Shown piece by piece: positions 1-9,817 of a stretch of 64,000 nt of DNA. The first letter of the stretch is position 1, and every line of letters begins with the position of its first letter. The notes beneath the pieces are model-generated. The model ran no database searches and was not told the origin of the DNA. It was given only the letters and a program-made list of their open reading frames with translations. This DNA comes from Candidatus Angelobacter sp. Its GTDB lineage: Bacteria > Bacteroidota > Bacteroidia > Flavobacteriales > Blattabacteriaceae. A program made the position numbers and the translations under genes. The stretch lies in contig DASQPV010000016.1 in assembly GCA_035643775.1 (NCBI GenBank), positions 90,529 to 154,528 of the forward strand. The letters are read 5' to 3'.

Positions 1-1684
1 TCACAAAGTTTTTGAATGGATTTTCTTTCATAATTTTTTTTTGTATAGATTTTTCTATTTCATTAACTAATTCTTCAACAGATCCTATGATCATTTCTTC
101 TCTGCTTGTTTCATTCCTCCATATAGGAAGAGGAGCTCCCCAAAATCTTGATCTGGATAAATTCCAATCATTAATATTCTCTAGCCATTTTCCAAATCTA
201 TTTTCTCCTATAGTTTTAGGGTTCCAATGAATGGATTTGTTTAATTCTACCATTCTACGTCTACTTTTAGAAGTTTTCATAAACCATGAATCTAACGGAT
301 AATATAACAATGGTTTTTCCATTCGCCAACAATGGGGATAGGAATGGGTATATTTTTCTATTCTGAAAACCCTGTTTTCATATTTTAATAATTCCGCAAT
401 TTTATCATCTACAGATCTCTGATTTAAGAGATTTTTAGAGTATTCTTTTTTAACATATTCTCCTCCAAACCCTTTAGGTAGATTTTTGATAAATCTCCCT
501 TGTAAATCTACAAGTGGAATTTGTTTTTTACTATTTTCATCTCTTGCTAACATTGAAGGAATTCCGTTCTGTTTAGCTACATTAGAATCTTCTACTCCAA
601 ATGTAGGAGCTAGGTGGACAATTACGCTTCCTTCATTTGTGTTGATTAAATCGCTCGGAATAACTTTAAATGCTTTTTCTGCTCCTTTAGAAGGAAGGAC
701 CCAAGATAATAATTGTTCGTAACGACTTCCTATAAAACTATATCCTTTGAATTCTTTTAAAATTTTAAAAGGGATTTTTTTATCCGTTTTTTTAAATTTT
801 TTTAATTCTTTTTCATTATTTACAAAAAAAAACTTTTTTGTATTTTTCCAAATTCTATTTTTGGAAAGTATAAGATTTTCTTTTAGAAAGGTATAAGGAT
901 TGTAAGTTTTTACAATAACATAATCTATTTTAGGTCCAATCCCAATAGCTGTATTGGAAGGAAGGGTCCAAGCTGTTGTTGTCCATGCCAAAAAGAAGAT
1001 GTCTCCCACAATTTTTTGAAAATTTTCAGTAAGACTATTTTTAATAGCTTTAAATTTAACAACGAGTGCAGTATCTGTAATCTCTTTGTAAGATCCAGGA
1101 AGACTCAATTCATGATAGCTTAGGGTTGTTCCAGATGTTGGAGAATAAGGTTGAACCGAATATCCTTTGTATAAAAAACCTTTTTTATAAAGGATTTTTA
1201 AGGACCACCAAATACTTTCAATGTATTTTGATTCAAAAGTTATATAAGGTTCATTCAAATCTACCCAGTATCCAATTTTTTCAGTGATCTTTTTCCAAAA
1301 TTTAGTATAATGCATTACAGATTTTTTACAAGCTTTATTATAACTTTCTATGCTAATTTTTTGACCAATATCCTCTTTAAGGAGCCCTAGAGATTTTTCG
1401 ACGCTAAGTTCAATGGGTAATCCATGTGTATCCCATCCTGCTCTACGTTTAACTTGTTTTCCTTTTAAAGTATGGTATCTACAAAATATGTCTTTAATAG
1501 TTCTAGACATCAAATGGTGGATCCCAGGCATACCATTTACAGATGGGGGGCCTTCATAAAAAACATGCAGTTTTTTACCATTTCTAGAGTAAACGCTTTT
1601 TTGAAAAATTTGATGATCCTTCCAATATTGATTGATTTCTTCAAAAATCTTTTGAAGATCTAATTTTTTGTAATTTTTAAACAT
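1..1684 (-). CDS. ileS: isoleucyl-tRNA synthetase, N-terminal ~561 codons (rest lies beyond window start)
   Basis: Absent from ORF track because there is no stop in the window. My translation of the minus strand from ATG (1684-1682) gives MFKNYKKLDLQKIFEEINQYWKDHQIF..FYEGPPSVNGMPGIHHLMSRTIKDIFCRYHTLKGKQVKRRAGWDTHGLPIE..HSYPHCWR..WNLSRSRFWGAPLPIW and stays open to position 1. Class I HIGH region and IleRS motifs are present. Confidence 0.93.
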   Translation of the reverse strand, partial: MFKNYKKLDLQKIFEEINQYWKDHQIFQKSVYSRNGKKLHVFYEGPPSVNGMPGIHHLMSRTIKDIFCRYHTLKGKQVKRRAGWDTHGLPIELSVEKSLGLLKEDIGQKISIESYNKACKKSVMHYTKFWKKITEKIGYWVDLNEPYITFESKYIESIWWSLKILYKKGFLYKGYSVQPYSPTSGTTLSYHELSLPGSYKEITDTALVVKFKAIKNSLTENFQKIVGDIFFLAWTTTAWTLPSNTAIGIGPKIDYVIVKTYNPYTFLKENLILSKNRIWKNTKKFFFVNNEKELKKFKKTDKKIPFKILKEFKGYSFIGSRYEQLLSWVLPSKGAEKAFKVIPSDLINTNEGSVIVHLAPTFGVEDSNVAKQNGIPSMLARDENSKKQIPLVDLQGRFIKNLPKGFGGEYVKKEYSKNLLNQRSVDDKIAELLKYENRVFRIEKYTHSYPHCWRMEKPLLYYPLDSWFMKTSKSRRRMVELNKSIHWNPKTIGENRFGKWLENINDWNLSRSRFWGAPLPIWRNETSREEMIIGSVEELVNEIEKSIQKKIMKENPFKNFV

Positions 1685-1698
1685 TTTTTTTGTATAAG

Positions 1699-2526
1699 AT
1701 GCATAAAATTGCTATCTATGGAATAATGGGATCTTATCATCATATTGCTGCTATTAAATTTTTTGGGGAAGAATGTCACTTAATGGAGTGTTCTTCTTTC
1801 GAAGAAGTTGTCAAATCAGTTTTTTCTCTTAATCCTAAGAAGGGAGTAATGGCTATAGAGAATTCTATAGCCGGTTCTATTTTCACAAATTATGTGATGC
1901 TTTCCAAATATAAACTTAAAATTCTTGGAGAGGTTTTTATTCCTATAAATCAATGTTTAATGACTTTATCAGGTCAATCTTTAAAAGATGTTAAGGAATT
2001 AATTTCTCACCCAATGGCTCTTCTTCAGTGTAAAAAATACTTTAATCAGTATACAAATATTAAAGTACTTGAATGTACTGATACTTCAGATGGAGTTCGA
2101 TATATTGCTAAAAATAAAATGAAAAATATAGCAGCAATAGCCACTGAAATTGCTTCTACCATTTATGGTTTGAATATTCTAGAAAAGAAAATTCAAGATC
2201 ATTCTAATAATTTTACGCGTTTTTTTATCGTAAGTTCTTCAACTTCAAAAGATAAAAATTTTTCTGATAGAGCTTCTATTAAATTACGAATAGATTATAA
2301 AATTGTCTCCATTTCTAGGGTGCTTCGTATATTTTCCAAAAATTGGAATATTACAAGTATTCAGTCAATTACTTTCTTTGAAAAAACTTGGGAAAATATT
2401 TTTTTTATGGATCTTTCTTTCGAAGAATATGGTTTTTTTCAGAAAATGATGGATCTTCTTTGGTCTACCTTTGATATTTTCAGATTTGGAGAATATAAAA
2501 ATGGGTGGAAATTCTTAAAATACTAA
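1699..2526 (+). CDS. pheA: prephenate dehydratase
   Basis: ORF track 1690..2526. MHKIAIYGIMGSYHHIAA start is typical of the PDT domain, with a C-terminal ACT-like region. ATG at 1699 preferred over TTG at 1690. Confidence 0.9.
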   Translation: MHKIAIYGIMGSYHHIAAIKFFGEECHLMECSSFEEVVKSVFSLNPKKGVMAIENSIAGSIFTNYVMLSKYKLKILGEVFIPINQCLMTLSGQSLKDVKELISHPMALLQCKKYFNQYTNIKVLECTDTSDGVRYIAKNKMKNIAAIATEIASTIYGLNILEKKIQDHSNNFTRFFIVSSSTSKDKNFSDRASIKLRIDYKIVSISRVLRIFSKNWNITSIQSITFFEKTWENIFFMDLSFEEYGFFQKMMDLLWSTFDIFRFGEYKNGWKFLKY

Positions 2527-2657
2527 AAAATCTATTACTAGAATCGAAAATATGGTAAAAATTGCGTTTCTAATAATAATATTTCCAAAATTCTTTATTA
2601 TTATTCTCATAGTTAGTAATGAAAATGAATACTTTTATTATAAACACAGTATGAAAA

Positions 2658-3716
2658 ATGATGAAAAAGCTTAATGACATAGAGCAGTCTTGGATAAAGA
2701 AATTCAACACCCCCTTAATTATTTCAGGCCCATGTAGTGCAGAAAGTGAAGAGCAAGTACTCGAGACAGCACAAAGACTTGATAAATCTTATGTTCAAAT
2801 ATTTAGAGCTGGGATTTGGAAACCTAGAACAAGACCTAATAATTTTGAAGGAATTGGAGAAAAAGGCTTTTATTGGCTTAAAAAGGTTAAAGATAAAACT
2901 GGACTAATGATAGCAATTGAAGTAGCTTCAGCTGATCACATAAAAATATCCCTTAAACATAATGTTGTTGATGTATTTTGGATAGGAGCTAGAAGTACAG
3001 TGAATCCTTTTACTGTACAAGAAATAGCAAATGCTCTTGAAGGTTCCGATAAAATTGTTTTGGTAAAAAATCCAATTAATCCTAGTCTTGATTTATGGAT
3101 AGGCGCGTTAGAACGTTTTTTAAGTAAAGGTATTGAAAATTTAGGGGTAATTCACCGAGGATTTACTTCTGAAAATAAAATTCCATTTAGAAATCAACCT
3201 AATTGGAAAATTGTATTAGATTTTAAAAATCTTTATCCCCATATTCCTGTACTTTGTGATCCTTCACATATTTGCGGAAATAGGGAAAAAATTTCTGATA
3301 TAGTAAAGCAAGCATTTAACCTTGAGTATGATGGGCTCATAGTGGAAACTCATTGTAATCCTAATAAAGCTTGGAGCGATTCTCAACAACAGATAACTCC
3401 TGAAAGACTTTTAGAAATTCTAAAAAAAATCAGTCCTTCGAATTCTAAGGATATTCTAGAAAAACTACGAATTCAAATTGATGAAATAGATCAGAAATTT
3501 ATTTTTCTATTGAATGAGAGATTGAAACTCTCTAAGGAGATTGGTTCTGTAAAAAAAAAATATGATAAATCTGTTATTCAGATAAATCGCTGGGTAGAAA
3601 TTTTGCAAAAAAACAAAAAACTGTCGAAAGATTTAGGAATTTCAGAAGCATTCATAGAAAAAATATTAAATCTCTTACATAAAGAATCTATAAATATTCA
3701 AGAACAATTAGAATAA
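2658..3716 (+). CDS. bifunctional 3-deoxy-7-phosphoheptulonate (DAHP) synthase / chorismate mutase type II
   Basis: 352 aa. The N-terminal part has the class I-beta DAHPS pattern (ISGPCSAESEEQ, IWKPRTRP, CDPSHICG). The C-terminal ~90 aa is a chorismate-mutase helix bundle (LRIQIDEIDQKFIFLLNERLKLSKEIG). This fusion is typical of Bacteroidetes. Confidence 0.9.
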   Translation: MMKKLNDIEQSWIKKFNTPLIISGPCSAESEEQVLETAQRLDKSYVQIFRAGIWKPRTRPNNFEGIGEKGFYWLKKVKDKTGLMIAIEVASADHIKISLKHNVVDVFWIGARSTVNPFTVQEIANALEGSDKIVLVKNPINPSLDLWIGALERFLSKGIENLGVIHRGFTSENKIPFRNQPNWKIVLDFKNLYPHIPVLCDPSHICGNREKISDIVKQAFNLEYDGLIVETHCNPNKAWSDSQQQITPERLLEILKKISPSNSKDILEKLRIQIDEIDQKFIFLLNERLKLSKEIGSVKKKYDKSVIQINRWVEILQKNKKLSKDLGISEAFIEKILNLLHKESINIQEQLE

Positions 3717-3773
3717 ACTATATGGCTCTTTATTATCTTGTATGTCAACAAAAGGACCAGTTTTTTAGCTAAT

Positions 3774-3956
3774 CTAATTTTTAACAAAAAGAACTTTCCC
3801 TATATAGTATAATTTGTTTTCGAAACAATAAGCCTTGTGATAAGGGTGAAACTTCTTTGTAATTGGATCAATCGTTAATTGAGTAGCTTTAGATTTCTGA
3901 TGATTCCTCCTCTTTCGTTTTCTAGATTTAGAATGTCTTTTTTTAGGATGTGCCAT
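3774..3956 (-). CDS. rpmF: 50S ribosomal protein L32
   Basis: 60 aa, MAHPKKRHSKSRKRKRRNHQK N-terminus characteristic of L32. Confidence 0.85.
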   Translation of the reverse strand: MAHPKKRHSKSRKRKRRNHQKSKATQLTIDPITKKFHPYHKAYCFENKLYYIGKVLFVKN

Positions 3957-3975
3957 TTTATAAGAAAAAAAATTA

Positions 3976-5238
3976 ATGACTCTAGATGAAATTATTTTTC
4001 ATTTAATTAAAAAAGAAGAAGATAGACAAGTTAGAGGACTTGAGCTTATCGCTTCGGAAAATTACGTTAGTACGAATGTACTAAAAGCAACGGGGTCAAT
4101 TTTGACTAACAAATACGCTGAAGGATATCCAGGTAAAAGATATTATGGGGGATGTGAAATTGTAGATAAAATAGAAAGGATAGCTATTGATAGAGCTAAA
4201 AAACTGTTTCATGCTGAATATGTAAATGTTCAACCTCATTCAGGATCTCAGGCAAATGCAGCGGTTTACATGGCTTGTTTAAACCCTGGAGATAAAATCC
4301 TTGGGTTTGATTTAACACATGGAGGACATCTAACTCATGGTTCTTCTGTTAGTTTTTCTGGAAAAATTTATCGATCTTTATTTTATGGTTTAAAAAAAGA
4401 AAGTGGATTGATTAACTATGAACATGTAGAAAATTTAGTGGAAAAAGAAAAAAAAATTAAATTGATTATATGTGGGGCTTCTTCTTATTCTAGGGATATT
4501 GACTATTCCATCTTTCGGAAGATCGCAGATAGAATTGGAGCTATTCTGCTTGCAGATATCTCTCATCCAGCTGGATTAATAGCCAAAGGACTCCTTAACA
4601 ATCCTTTTCCCCATTGCCATATAGTTACTTCTACTACACATAAAACTCTTAGAGGACCTAGAGGAGGAATGATTCTTTTAGGGAAAGATTTTGAATATTC
4701 TAAACTAGGAAAATCAAAAAAAATGTCTCAACTTATTAGAAATGCTGTATTTCCAGGCCTTCAAGGTGGCCCTCTTGAAAATGTTATAGCCGCAAAAGCG
4801 GCTTCTTTTAGAGAAGCTTTAACAGAGTCGTTTATGCGTTACGTTAAGCAAGTTGTAAAAAATGCTAAAAAATTAGCAAAATCCTTTGTTTCCCTAGGTT
4901 ATAAAATAATCTCAAATGGAACGGAAAATCATTGTATGCTACTTGATTTAAGTAACAAAAATATCACAGGGATAGAAGCAGAACAACTTTTGGCATCTGC
5001 TGATATTACAGTTAACAAAAATATGATTCCTTTTGATAATCAGTCTCCTTTTGTTACTTCAGGAATTAGAATAGGAACATCTGCTGTTAGCACAAGAGGC
5101 CTAAAAGAGAATGACATGGAAGAAATAGCTAATTGGATCGATGAAGTTTTCCACTGTAAAAACGATCAATTAAAAATGGATAGAATTAAAAAGGAAATTA
5201 ACAATAAAATGAGATCTTATCCATTATTTAAAGGATAG
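3976..5238 (+). CDS. glyA: serine hydroxymethyltransferase
   Basis: 420 aa. Motifs [40 protein letters not shown] (PLP-lysine motif). Confidence 0.97.
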   Translation: MTLDEIIFHLIKKEEDRQVRGLELIASENYVSTNVLKATGSILTNKYAEGYPGKRYYGGCEIVDKIERIAIDRAKKLFHAEYVNVQPHSGSQANAAVYMACLNPGDKILGFDLTHGGHLTHGSSVSFSGKIYRSLFYGLKKESGLINYEHVENLVEKEKKIKLIICGASSYSRDIDYSIFRKIADRIGAILLADISHPAGLIAKGLLNNPFPHCHIVTSTTHKTLRGPRGGMILLGKDFEYSKLGKSKKMSQLIRNAVFPGLQGGPLENVIAAKAASFREALTESFMRYVKQVVKNAKKLAKSFVSLGYKIISNGTENHCMLLDLSNKNITGIEAEQLLASADITVNKNMIPFDNQSPFVTSGIRIGTSAVSTRGLKENDMEEIANWIDEVFHCKNDQLKMDRIKKEINNKMRSYPLFKG

Positions 5239-5287
5239 ATCTCGCATTTAGTTTTATAAGTTATTTTTTAAAATTAAATTAAATATT

Positions 5288-7666
5288 ATGCTAACTGAAG
5301 AAACTGAATTCATACCATTAATTGTACAGGAGGACGAGAATACTTTTCTAAGTGAAGAAATACCGGATCAATTATGCATACTCCCTATTAGGAATATAGT
5401 TTTGTTTCCTGGAGTAGGAACTCCAATTACAGCGGGCAGAAATATGTCTTTGCATCTTTTGCAAGATTCATATAACTCTAATAATAAAATTATAGGGGTT
5501 CTTACCCAAAAAGATTTTAGGGTAGAAAATCCTACTGAAAAAGATCTTTACAGAATAGGTACTGTCGCTAAGATTCTTAGACTTCTAAGAATGCCAGATG
5601 GTAGCATTACAGTAATTATTCAAGGTAAATGTAGATTCAAGGTAAATCGTGTTATACAATATAAACCATATATAAAAGTAGAATATATAATTTTAAACGA
5701 GAATATTCCAACTGACAAGGATGAAGAATATAATGCTTTAATAGAAGCTCTCAAAGATTTGTCTATAAAAGTAGTTCAAGAAAATCCTAATCTTCCTTCT
5801 GAAATAGGATTTGCCCTAAAGAATATAGAAAATAACTATTTTTTGGTGAATTTTATATCAACAAACATGAATTTATCTATCAAAGATAAGCAAAGCTTAC
5901 TTGAACATAACAATATGAAAAATAGGGCAATGGAAGCTTTTCGTTTTTTAACTATTGAGTATAAGCAAATTAGGATAAAAAATGATATACAATATCGTGT
6001 GCGAAACAATATAGATCAACAACAACGTGAGTTTTTCTTGCATCAACAAATAAAAGTTATTCAAGAAGAGCTGGGAGAGATTTCAGCAGAAAAAGAAATT
6101 GAAAATATTAGGGAAATGGGGGAAAAAAAAAATTGGACTAAAGAAGCTAAAGAAAAATTTGAACGCGAATTAGTTAAAATCCAACGCACTAATCCTCATT
6201 TGCCAGAATACCCTTCATTGATAAATTACCTTGAAATAATGCTTGATTTACCCTGGAAAATATATTCTAAGGATAATTTAGACCTTAAACATGCTAAAAA
6301 AATTCTAGATAGAGACCATTATGGTCTAGAAAAAGTAAAAGAACGAATTATTGAATATCTTTCAGTTTTAAAGCTTAAAGGGGATATGCGATCTCCTATT
6401 TTATGTTTTTATGGGCCTCCCGGAGTTGGAAAAACATCATTAGGAAGATCTATAGCTTACGCTATAAATAGAAAATATGTGAGAATCTCTTTAGGTGGAA
6501 TCTATGATGAATCTGAAATACGAGGGCATAGAAGAACTTATGTTGGGGCAATGCCTGGAAGATTAATTCAGGGAATGATAAAATCAGGAACATCAAATCC
6601 TGTTTTCATACTTGATGAAATTGATAAAATATCAATTGGATTACACGGAGATGCTTCTGCTGCACTTTTGGAAGTTCTAGATCCAGAACAAAATGTGCAT
6701 TTTTATGATAATTATCTTGATATAAGTTATGATTTATCCAAGGTAATGTTTATTGCTACATCCAATTCAATTTCTTCAATAAAACCAGCTCTTTTAGATC
6801 GCATGGAAATCCTTGAGATAAATGGTTATACAGTTGAGGAAAAAATTCAAATAGTAAAAAAACATATATTACCAAAACAATTAGAAAAAAACGGTCTGAA
6901 TCAAGGGGACTTGAAAGTAAATTCTAAAAATCTTGAAAAGATTATATTAGGGTATACATCTGAATCAGGAATACGAAGTATTGAAAAAAAGATTTCTAAA
7001 TTAACTCGTTATTCGGCAAGAAAAAAAGCAATGAATAAAAAATATGTTAAACGTTTGAATTTTGATAAAATTGAAGAGATACTAGGTACTCCTTACCCTT
7101 TCCTTAATTACGAAGGAAATAATATCCCTGGAGTTGTCATTGGATTAGCTTGGACTCCATATGGAGGAGATATTTTATACATAGAGTCAATTCTTGCAAA
7201 AGGGAACGGTAAATTGAATCTTACTGGAAACTTAGGTTGGGTGATGAAAGAATCTGCGTATATTGCTTGGCAATACGCGAAAGCTTATAATGAGGATTTT
7301 GGAATTGATCCAGAAATGTTTGAAACGTATAATGTCCATTTACATGTACCTTCTGGATCTGTACCTAAAGATGGGCCTTCAGCTGGCGTGGCAATTCTTT
7401 GCTCTTTAGTATCTGTTTACACTGGAAAAAAAGTTAAAGCTCATTTAGCGATGACAGGGGAAATAACACTTAGAGGTAAAGTTCTTGCTGTTGGAGGAAT
7501 CCCGGAAAAGATATTAGCAGCTAAGAGAGCTGAGATTCATGAAATAATTCTACCCAAAGAAAATAAAAAAAGCGTGGATAATATTAAGTCAAAAGAGGTA
7601 CTAGGAATTTTTTTAAATTATGTTTCTAATATGAAAGAAGTAATTGAATTAGCTTTAGAGAAATAA
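5288..7666 (+). CDS. lon: ATP-dependent Lon protease
   Basis: 792 aa. LON N-domain, Walker A GPPGVGKTS, and C-terminal protease motif PKDGPSAGVA. Confidence 0.96.
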   Translation: MLTEETEFIPLIVQEDENTFLSEEIPDQLCILPIRNIVLFPGVGTPITAGRNMSLHLLQDSYNSNNKIIGVLTQKDFRVENPTEKDLYRIGTVAKILRLLRMPDGSITVIIQGKCRFKVNRVIQYKPYIKVEYIILNENIPTDKDEEYNALIEALKDLSIKVVQENPNLPSEIGFALKNIENNYFLVNFISTNMNLSIKDKQSLLEHNNMKNRAMEAFRFLTIEYKQIRIKNDIQYRVRNNIDQQQREFFLHQQIKVIQEELGEISAEKEIENIREMGEKKNWTKEAKEKFERELVKIQRTNPHLPEYPSLINYLEIMLDLPWKIYSKDNLDLKHAKKILDRDHYGLEKVKERIIEYLSVLKLKGDMRSPILCFYGPPGVGKTSLGRSIAYAINRKYVRISLGGIYDESEIRGHRRTYVGAMPGRLIQGMIKSGTSNPVFILDEIDKISIGLHGDASAALLEVLDPEQNVHFYDNYLDISYDLSKVMFIATSNSISSIKPALLDRMEILEINGYTVEEKIQIVKKHILPKQLEKNGLNQGDLKVNSKNLEKIILGYTSESGIRSIEKKISKLTRYSARKKAMNKKYVKRLNFDKIEEILGTPYPFLNYEGNNIPGVVIGLAWTPYGGDILYIESILAKGNGKLNLTGNLGWVMKESAYIAWQYAKAYNEDFGIDPEMFETYNVHLHVPSGSVPKDGPSAGVAILCSLVSVYTGKKVKAHLAMTGEITLRGKVLAVGGIPEKILAAKRAEIHEIILPKENKKSVDNIKSKEVLGIFLNYVSNMKEVIELALEK

Positions 7667-7751
7667 GGAGAGATGGCAGAGTGGTCTATTGCTGCGGTCT
7701 TGAAAACCGTTTAGGTTTATACCTACGCGGGTTCGAATCCTGCTCTCTCCG
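7667..7751 (+). tRNA. tRNA-Ser (anticodon UGA)
   Basis: Hand-folded cloverleaf. Acceptor GGAGAGA/TCTCTCC, anticodon loop CTTGAAA, long variable arm, T-loop GGTTCGAATCC. Starts immediately after the lon stop. Confidence 0.9.
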
Positions 7752-7756
7752 CTCAA

Positions 7757-8551
7757 ATGAAAGTTTTTGGATTAATTGGGAGAAATATTCATTATTCTTT
7801 TTCTAGGGAATATTTTTCAGAAAAATTTCTGGAAAAAAATATCAGAAATTCTATTTATAAACTTTTTGATATCGAAAATATTAATAAACTAAAAGAGTTT
7901 CTTCGTATAAAAAAAAGAGATCTCTCTGGATTGAACGTTACCATACCTTATAAGCAAAATATTATCCATTTTATTGATGAGATTAGTACGGATTCCAGGA
8001 ATGTTGGAGCAGTTAATACAATTGAAATAATGCAAAAAGGGTATATTGGATACAATACAGATATTTTTGGATTCGAATTTTCTTTCAAAAAACATATAAA
8101 ATTTCATCATAAAAAAGCCTTGATATTAGGTACAGGGGGAGCTTCAAAAGCTGTAATTTTTGTCCTTAAAAAATTAGGACTCTATTTTCGATGTGTTTCT
8201 AGAAATGAAAATGAATATTCTAAAAATGAATATAAAAATGAATATAAAAATGAATATTCTAAAATAAATGAAAAAAATTTTTTATACGAAGAAATAACCA
8301 AATACGTTTTAAAAGATTTTAAAGTAATTATTAACTGTACTCCAGTTGGTACTTATCCAAACATCAATGATTATCCAAAAATTCCATATTGGGAAATTTC
8401 CCAAAAACATTATCTATATGATATGGTATACAACCCTATTGCAAGTAGATTTCTTAGAGAGGGCCGTAAAATGGGATGCTTTACGAAAAATGGATTTGAA
8501 ATGTTGCAATTACAAGCTGATAAAGCCTGGAGTATCTGGAATAGAAAATGA
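7757..8551 (+). CDS. aroE: shikimate 5-dehydrogenase
   Basis: 264 aa. Motifs GLNVTIPYK, GAVNT, NTD, GTGGASKAV (NADP site), YDMVYNP. Confidence 0.9.
   Translation: MKVFGLIGRNIHYSFSREYFSEKFLEKNIRNSIYKLFDIENINKLKEFLRIKKRDLSGLNVTIPYKQNIIHFIDEISTDSRNVGAVNTIEIMQKGYIGYNTDIFGFEFSFKKHIKFHHKKALILGTGGASKAVIFVLKKLGLYFRCVSRNENEYSKNEYKNEYKNEYSKINEKNFLYEEITKYVLKDFKVIINCTPVGTYPNINDYPKIPYWEISQKHYLYDMVYNPIASRFLREGRKMGCFTKNGFEMLQLQADKAWSIWNRK
8205..8262 (+). repeat. in-frame 12/15-bp tandem repeat (ATGAATAT core x4) encoding NEYSKNEYKNEYKNEYSK inside aroE
   Basis: Direct reading gives atgaatat at 8211, 8226, 8238 and 8250 with period 12 (15 for the first). Confidence 0.85.
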
Positions 8552-8584
8552 GAAAGGCTATATGTATTTTAATGTGATAACTAA

Positions 8585-9817
8585 ATGGAACGATTTTTGT
8601 ATCTACATTTTTTAATTAAAAATTATCCAGTTAACCAAATTAGAGATAAAGTTCATCAATTATACAAAAAATTTTTGGTAAAAATACAAAAAATTAGAAA
8701 AGAAAAACTTGAAAAGTTTTTCTTAGTGTCATTAAATAAAAAATTTTATCATTTTTTTTTGGAAAAAGAAAAAACTAAAACTTTTCAAGAAGTTAATAAA
8801 AAACTAAATGTTCTTTCTAAAATAATAGAAGATCTAAAAAATCTTTATATCTTTCCAGATAATGACAAAATGGTCATAAATTTTCTAAAAAAAATAAAAG
8901 AGATTAAAGATAGTTGGGAAAATTCTAGGAATATTTTTTACTCTAAAGTGGAATACGTGTTTAAAACTTATCGATTCCATTTGGAAAACTTTTTTAATTA
9001 TTTAAAATTCAACAAAAATTTTCAATCTCTAGAATATGAGCATAATATTCAAAAACTTCATATGATATCTAGGGTTAAAGAGCTTATTAAAGAGACCAAA
9101 CTTCCAAAGAATTTAAATGAACTTTATCACTTGCATCACCTAAGAAAAAAACCATGTAGGAAAACCAACTATTTACTAAAATATAAAAATATCATAGAAA
9201 AAATAAATCATTTAAAAGATAAAAATGCTTTTTTTTTTAAATTTTTTTATTTTAAAAATAAAATATTTAAAGAATCTATTAAATCATTTTATCATAAAAA
9301 ACTTTTTTATAAAAAGCCCAAAAATATACAATATATAAAAAGAAAGCTTCAAGCAAAAATCCAGGATTTGGAATCCTATAACGAGTATTATAGAAATTTT
9401 CTATATGAAAAGAGTGAAAAAATTGTAAAATTTCAAGATAATTCAAATTATTTTTTTAATAAAAGACTTGAGATAGATATTCTCAAAAAATTCAATGATT
9501 TTTCTATTTATACTGAGTTTTCTATTGATACTTTCTTAATGGAATTGGCCTCTCTTAGATTTAAAAAACTTTATTACAAATTTTTATTTGATAAATATGA
9601 CTTTTTAGAAAAAAAGCTTTTCAAGTATATGGAAATAATTTCAAACGAAATATTGAAAACTCGTAAAAAGATCCTTACTATATTTTGGGATAAAAAAGCG
9701 TTTTTTAAAAACAAATCATTAGATCATAAAAAAGAAATTCTGAATTGTTTTATGACAAAATACAATTATATTATTTATATAATTGAATTTTTAGAAATCT
9801 TAGAAAAGATCATTTAG
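8585..9817 (+). CDS. hypothetical Lys/Phe/Asn-rich protein (possibly a degenerate DUF349-like helical-repeat protein)
   Basis: 410-aa ORF with no TM segment or catalytic motif I recognise. Its periodic pattern (N..K....KEL.......EL..L....KK...........F) loosely recalls DUF349 repeats. Coding status rests on ORF length in a compact genome. Confidence 0.5.
   Translation: MERFLYLHFLIKNYPVNQIRDKVHQLYKKFLVKIQKIRKEKLEKFFLVSLNKKFYHFFLEKEKTKTFQEVNKKLNVLSKIIEDLKNLYIFPDNDKMVINFLKKIKEIKDSWENSRNIFYSKVEYVFKTYRFHLENFFNYLKFNKNFQSLEYEHNIQKLHMISRVKELIKETKLPKNLNELYHLHHLRKKPCRKTNYLLKYKNIIEKINHLKDKNAFFFKFFYFKNKIFKESIKSFYHKKLFYKKPKNIQYIKRKLQAKIQDLESYNEYYRNFLYEKSEKIVKFQDNSNYFFNKRLEIDILKKFNDFSIYTEFSIDTFLMELASLRFKKLYYKFLFDKYDFLEKKLFKYMEIISNEILKTRKKILTIFWDKKAFFKNKSLDHKKEILNCFMTKYNYIIYIIEFLEILEKII

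Noticed and set aside
12-1663. Track ORFs 12..230, 486..722 and 1472..1663 on the + strand
   Set aside because: All lie antisense inside the clearly conserved ileS reading frame (minus strand, open from 1684 to 1). They show low-complexity AT-driven translations with no recognisable motifs.
2572-2605. AATAATAAT-N16-ATTATTATT inverted repeat between pheA and the DAHPS/CM gene, considered as a possible attenuator or terminator
   Set aside because: The stem is A/T only with a 16-nt loop. Such structures arise by chance in this base composition, and there is no leader peptide or U-tract logic that I can support.
8346-8615. 89-aa ORF bridging aroE and the hypothetical gene
   Set aside because: It is an alternative frame of the aroE 3' end with no motifs. 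AroE homology continues in the annotated frame to 8551.
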